A stretch of DNA of 64,000 bases, taken from the NCBI GenBank assembly GCA_964016885.1, contig OZ024752.1, forward strand, positions 14,384,001-14,448,000, given 5' to 3'. Both the position numbers and the translations under genes were made by a program. The notes beneath the pieces were generated by a model. It searched no databases. It was given only the letters and a program-made list of their open reading frames with translations, and was not told the DNA's origin. Shown one piece after another: positions 58,201-64,000 of this stretch. The stretch is from Eledone cirrhosa. Lineage: Eukaryota. Each line of letters opens with the position of its first letter. Position 1 is the stretch's first letter.

Positions 58201-58499
58201 CGATTCCGACAAAACTCTAAGTATTATACTAAAACATGTATTGTATTGACTGAATTCTCTACTCTATACCTCAGGACTTTTTTGTGACTCACACTGAATT
58301 CGGAGACCCGAACTTTACACTAGGTACCACCTGTTACCATTCCATCTCTTCCATCCTCTATATCTATGTACAACCTGTATTATCTTACTTGATCTATATT
58401 GTATTTCCCCTACACTGTGATTCCTCCAATACACTCTTATATACTTCCGTCTTTCTACATCCCTAGTTATTTACTTTTATTAATGTTTTTATTAATTTA

Positions 58500-59390
58500 C
58501 TAGCATTAAAGCCCGGCGTTGCTCGGGGTCATTAAGTTACCAAAGTTAGGTTTGCACCACCCATTTTATGGCAGCACTTTTTTGTCTGCCAGGCACTGGG
58601 TGAATGAATTGCAGACCTGGAAGCATGAGCTGCGCCAGCAGTGACAATTGTAGTTTCGCCTATGGATATTATCTCTGTGCAAAAAAGTGTTGAAATTTAT
58701 TGTTTCACAGTACTTGCGCAACACGCGCGTAGACGATGCCAGCCAAACAACAGAGCTGCGATGGAGTTGTTCTGCATGGTTGTCTGTGTGTTTTCTAAAT
58801 TTAAGACAGTAGGGAGGGTTGTGATATGAGGGAGAGTTAGCTGTTGTTTCTAGCAGGTTGAGTGACCTCATAGAGGATCTGTGTTTTCTAAATTTAAGAC
58901 AGTAGGGAGTGGTGTGATATGGGGGAGAGTTAGCTGCTGTTTCTACCAGGTTTAGTGACCTCATAGAAGATATGTTTTCTGAATTTAAGACAGTAGGGAG
59001 GGGTGTGATATGGGGGAGAGTTAGCTGCTGTTTCTAGCAGGTTTAGTAACCTCATAGAGATATGTGTTTTCTAAATTTAAGACAGTAGGGAGTGGTGTGA
59101 ACGGACAGTATCACCATCAAGCTTGGAAAGAGAAAGTAGCAGAAAGTATGAAGTTGTATAGATTTTGAATGGTAGTAGAAAGAGTTCAGCAGTTTAAATG
59201 AGAGAGAAAATCGTAAAATATTGAGTTTTATCTATTTTTGCGTAATTGTGGGTGAAATTGAAAAAATTATCTGCGTCAAGACGCAATCGAAACTATTTTG
59301 AATACTGAATTGTAAATTTCAATTGAAGAAATTCTATATCGTAGATTTCTATAACGAAGGAGCATGACCTCACACTGAGCTTTATAGATT
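58500..59390 (-). mobile_element. non-autonomous Helitron with ~82-bp minisatellite (58786-59100)
   Basis: CTAG plus cccggcgttgctcggg hairpin at 58500; about 4 repeats of ttttctaaatttaagacagtaggga. Confidence 0.75.
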
Positions 59391-60429
59391 ATGATTAATG
59401 TATTTTTATCAATGTATTCTTTATCTTTGTATTTTATGTTTGTATCCTGCTTTTATTATTTTTTTGTAACTTTCCTTACTCAGGTCATTATGCACCTTTC
59501 ATAGCCCCCTACCCACCAAAGAACCACACTACTTATAACCCGGACTAACTGGACTTTAAAATAATTATGGTCTATTTGCACTTTCCATTGGGTTGCTACC
59601 TTCGACTTATGTGGTGGGTTTTCCCGGCTGCGGGAAAGTTCAGCCTTCCTTGAGTGCTCGGAAAAATAAATTTCCCCTGTTTCGGTAAACGAAATTACTC
59701 GGAGCGTTTGCTTTGCCCCGGTCCCACCACGCCGCCTGTTTTGGCCGCCATATTATACTTATACTCTATATCCCATCCTGATATCTTATCGAGATTAATT
59801 TTTTCATATAAGACTCTCTCTGTAAGTTCATTAAATAAATCTCGCTACCTTAACCTTTAATTTTCTAATAATTTATTTTTCAATTTACCATTTTTCAATT
59901 TAATATTTTTTAATTTAATTTAATTTCATCCTATAACTCGGAACATAAGTTTAACGTTCCAATTTTCGGTTCACACATTAGACCATACAGACACCCATTA
60001 TATATGCCTTTGTTAAATATAGATTCTTTGGAGTAGAATTTTTTGCGGCATTCTCTAGCATGAATGTAGTGTGACCCTTACGCTGACTTCTTTCTTCCTT
60101 TTTTTCTTTTTTCTTCCTTTCTTTTTCTTTGACGGAGAGGTGGTAGTGCATAATAAGCCTTCGCCCCTCACCAGATGGTCATTAGTAGATTCAGTTGCCA
60201 TCACTTTGAGGGCGACTGGCCGTGGTAAAGGCAGCTAGTTGGTCAATCGTCCTCTTTGTCTCTGACTTTGTCTCTGATTTTTCGGACCCATGGTTTTTCA
60301 CATATTCCTTTGTTATATTCCAATACCTGATGATATCACCGGATTCATATGGAACCCGGTCATTGAAATAGTATAATAAACCTTTCAAGGATTTACACCA
60401 GTCCAGCCTCCTGTTATTTTATATATATA

Positions 60430-60647
60430 GGCGAAGGCGTGTGGCTGAGTGGTTAGAGAATTGGATTCGCAATCGTAAGGTTGTGAGTTCGGTTCCTGGA
60501 CCAGGCGATGCGTTATGTCCTTGAGCAAGACACTTTATTTCACGTTGCTCCTTCTACCTGGAGTTGCGACCGATAGATAGTATTAGCAATTGGAAAGACC
60601 AACGGAAACATTGTTCCCTCGGTCCGATTTGACGAAAGTCGATCGTT
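60430..60647 (+). mobile_element. SINE S2 full copy
   Basis: Homologous to 6010-6230. Confidence 0.88.
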
Positions 60648-60689
<42 letters not shown>

Positions 60690-60691
<2 letters not shown>

Positions 60692-61191
60692 TAAAATAAC
60701 ATATTAAAGTTTAAGCAAAGAATTGCTGCTTTCACCCTTAACGGGATCTTCTGAAACTAAAATTAAAAAATCAATCTGTGAACGCAGAATTAAATATTTC
60801 GAAAAACATTACACACTATATATATATATATATATATATACACACTATATATACATATATACACACACACACACCACGTCATAATGACGTAATGCAGACA
60901 GCCAGACATACAGACAGATATTATAAGGGTGCGACGTTATATCTATGTATCTATCTAAAAAGAGAAAGACTAAGAGAGAGAAAGAGAGAGAAAGAGAGAA
61001 AAAGAGATCGCTAAATCGCCTCATGCTGTCCCTAGGGCATTGGAAATTTGAAATGTCTTTTGCTCAAAACACTTATAGGAACATACGTATTACATGTGTA
61101 AAGTTTGAAACAATCGGTTGGGTGTTTCTCGAATTTCAGTTATCGGACAGACAGACAGACAAACAGACATTCTCTGTTTTAGATATATAGA
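60690..61191 (-). mobile_element. Helitron 5' portion
   Basis: (gaca)n tract then gatatataga; body shared with 55455-55575. Confidence 0.6.
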
Positions 61192-61988
61192 TAATACACA
61201 CTTATTAATTATACGTTAATAATTCATAGAACACTCCCAGTGTTTCAACATTTTTGTATTCAAAGTTAATAAAATTTATTCGAAAGCAAAAAAAGGAACC
61301 TTATTTAGTAATAAAAAAATAAAAAAGGGGAAACAAAAGGAAAGAAAGAATAGGGAAAAATAGAAAAAAAAAGAGAGAAAGAAAGAAGGAAAAGACTGGG
61401 AAAGGGAGGGGATGGCAAGAGCTCTGTTGTCGCAGAACAGAGGGGTGAGGAAGGTGGTTCTGCTTTGGGCCTAGGGCAAGGGGGCAGAAATACTGCGCCC
61501 CGGTGACAAGACGGCAAAAGCATTACCTCTGACGATGGCCAGTGACACCGGCTGCAACAGCCACCCAACCACCCGGACTCCCTCGTCAGACGGGCAGCCG
61601 ACGCTCCGACCTTGCGGAGAAGCTCGGCAATACGGGGTCCAAGTACACCAGAGTGTTAGGGTTAGGGTTTTGTATTCTATACCTTACACTATCCACAATC
61701 TATTGTATTTAATTTGAATAAAACAAAGATGTTATATGTTGAATATTCTACTTCTGTTTATAATATATATTAATAAATCAACACTTCATTTGATATGTAT
61801 AGAGTAACTTAGCTTAATATAATGTAATTAAGATTCACTGAAGGCAAATTATATTCGAAACGTAACATGTACTGTTAAAACTGGATAGAGCTCTTAGGTG
61901 GCATTTTTAATTGACAGACACGCACATATAAACATAATAGGCGCACTAGCACACGCATATACACATACACACACGCGCACACACACAC

Positions 61989-62021
<33 letters not shown>

Positions 62022-62032
62022 TATATATATAT

Positions 62033-62210
62033 AATTGTTTTAATTTTGGCATTAGGCCAGCAATTATTTCAGTGTATTACTGGTACTTTATTTTATCGAC
62101 TCCGTAAGTATGAAAGGCAAAGGTAACCTCGACTTGATTTGAATCCTGTCCGTAAAGAGACGTAACTATACTAGAAAGCATGGCGTCCGACCCTTTACCG
62201 ATACTGCCAA
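62033..62210 (-). mobile_element. SINE S1 copy
   Basis: S1 motifs. Confidence 0.85.
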
Positions 62211-62253
62211 TGGTTTAAAGTTGTCTTTGAATTCTAATCACTTATGTCTACAT

Positions 62254-62413
62254 CAGTCAAATCAAACTACGGCCCGCGAGACGCATGAGGCCAGTTTGGC
62301 ATTCTGAATGGCGCGCCTAATTCCAAAATTGCCTCAATTTTACTAGTGCGGCCCGCCATATCATAAGCCACATCCTATGCGATCCACTGCTTCAAAAAGG
62401 AAGCCCATGCCTG
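62254..62413. mobile_element. hAT (Charlie-like) MITE with 8-bp TSD GTCTACAT
   Basis: CAG...CTG ends; caaactacggcccgcg subterminal motif; TSD at 62246-62253 and 62414-62421. Confidence 0.85.
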
Positions 62414-63214
62414 GTCTACATCATATAGGAATGGTGGGAAAGGGTCTACTAAAAATGGGGAAAGGAAGGATTTAAAATTAAAATAAAATGAAACGAAAAA
62501 TATACATGAAGCTAAACTCTGAAGAATTAGTTAGACAATATGTGGGGGCGTCTGTGGACTCGGTCCCCACGACCCACTCAGGAATATGTGGACAGTAGAT
62601 GATGGGAGGAGAAGGAGGAGAAGAAGAAGAAGAAGAAGGAGAAGGAGAAGAAGAAGAAGAAGAAGAAAAAAATGTTTTATCTGTCGACAATTTCTTCACT
62701 GCCTCTCAGGCAATATAATTTAAAATATTTTCTGGTTTTCGGCAACGTTTGTGCAAAATTGATATTTAGTACATGTTTAGAACATGTAAATCATCTCTGT
62801 TTCATTGCACGGACTGTAAAGTCTGCATTTGAGGTTAGTCTCTTTCTATTCAATCTAATGTTTGTATTTGTTTTGTGTTACTCATTAGTTTTATGCATTT
62901 ATATTCAAATATGATCTTTTCTATATTCATCGCACAGTTGTTGAGATTTTGTTAAACTTTCCTCTGGCATACTCTAACACAACTCGTTGGTTATTGCAAA
63001 TTGACAGTTTTTACTCTCAATAATTTCATCAATACTTTTTCTATACCGTTTGAATTTAGTATTGAATTACTTAAAATATGTTCACTTATTTTTTGTTGTA
63101 TTTTAAATCATTTATTTCAGTTAAGTGAGTGAGCAGTTTGTAATTTTCATTACCTTAAACAAACTGATTTATATTTGTTAGTTTTCTCTGTGCTTTGTTT
63201 TACACTTATCATCG

Positions 63215-63410
63215 TGTTGCTTGGCGGCATAGAGTTAGAGCTCTTTACGTTCTGAGTTCAAATCCCACCGATGTTAGCTTTGCCTTTCGTCACTATGGTG
63301 TCGATAAATAAAGCATCAGTAATCACTGGAGTTGATTAAATCACATTCCCCTACCATAAAAAAATAATAATGATAATTGTTGGCTTTCTGCCTGAATCAG
63401 AAACCATTAT
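63215..63410 (+). mobile_element. diverged SINE S1 copy
   Basis: ttacgttctgagttcaaatcc. Confidence 0.8.
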
Positions 63411-63557
63411 TACGTACCAGTTTTATATTTGCATCAAACTCGCCATACATGTGAAGAGTGAGGTATATTCTAGATATATTTCCTATGGAGTAATGGCTTC
63501 AGAATGTTTCCTGTTTGTTTCTGCCTTTAAATGTTGATACATTATATGGAAGATATA

Positions 63558-63730
63558 CCGTATTTCCCGGCGCCGAAGACGCTACCTGTTTTCCTAAAAT
63601 AAGTCTAAAAAATATACCATGCGTCCTGGAGGCCGAAGTTTGCTTATTATTTTTTTTTTAAATGTTTGGTTCTTGTCAAAATTAGAGTGCTTCGTCGAGG
63701 AGCAAGCGTTTTCGGCGCCGGGAAATACGG
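63558..63730. mobile_element. Tc1/mariner (Tc2-like) MITE with TA TSD
   Basis: TIR ccgtatttcccggcgccgaa(g/a)acgct on both ends, flanked by TA. Confidence 0.85.
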
Positions 63731-64000
63731 TAATGTATAATAGGAGTGGCTAGCCTATATGTATCTAGTGTATTCCTTATTTGTAACATCCAGTTCGGCA
63801 TGTGAAATTAACCTGACATTTTCGGTAGAAGTTTTATTCGTCTTCTCGATTCCTTTTTATGTGATTTACTATAAGAGATTCAGCTAACTCTTCCTTCTGG
63901 TCTTATTCACTTAGTTTGCTGTCTTTAGATAATTTAATACTCTTCGTTCTCGTTAGTTTTCTCTGCTTACAATGGTAACAGTTGATCTATATAATTCCAT

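Larger units (their letters stand above)
57272..60422. repeat. ~620 bp direct duplication (57272-57890 / 59805-60422)
   Basis: Near-identical sequence with small indels. Confidence 0.9.

Overview
AT-rich eukaryotic, repeat-dominated DNA with no recognisable host gene. The tRNA-derived SINE family looks like those of octopod cephalopods (inference from memory, no search run). About half of the listed ORFs are (TA)n/(CA)n microsatellite artefacts. Real content: (i) Penelope-like retroelements (PLEs, RT + GIY-YIG) of several clades: one 5'-truncated with an open frame (8013-9625), one near full-length with pseudo-LTRs (22667-26197), and several decayed copies; (ii) about 20 tRNA-derived SINE copies, non-autonomous Helitrons, hAT and Tc2-like MITEs, a fold-back element and LINE remnants; (iii) more than 30 minimal type-I hammerhead ribozyme (HHR) motifs or remnants, mostly in non-coding elements inserted into (TA)n as inverted-repeat structures. 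The most notable system is two diverged non-coding tandem arrays (12498-14140, 514-565 nt units; 36721-38628, 468 nt units) carrying one canonical HHR per complete unit. They share an octamer plus PSE-like promoter block and end at two homologous fixed positions. This suggests snRNA-promoter-driven, self-cleaving, retrozyme-like RNAs inserted by a two-site priming mechanism that recurs across many HHR families in the window.
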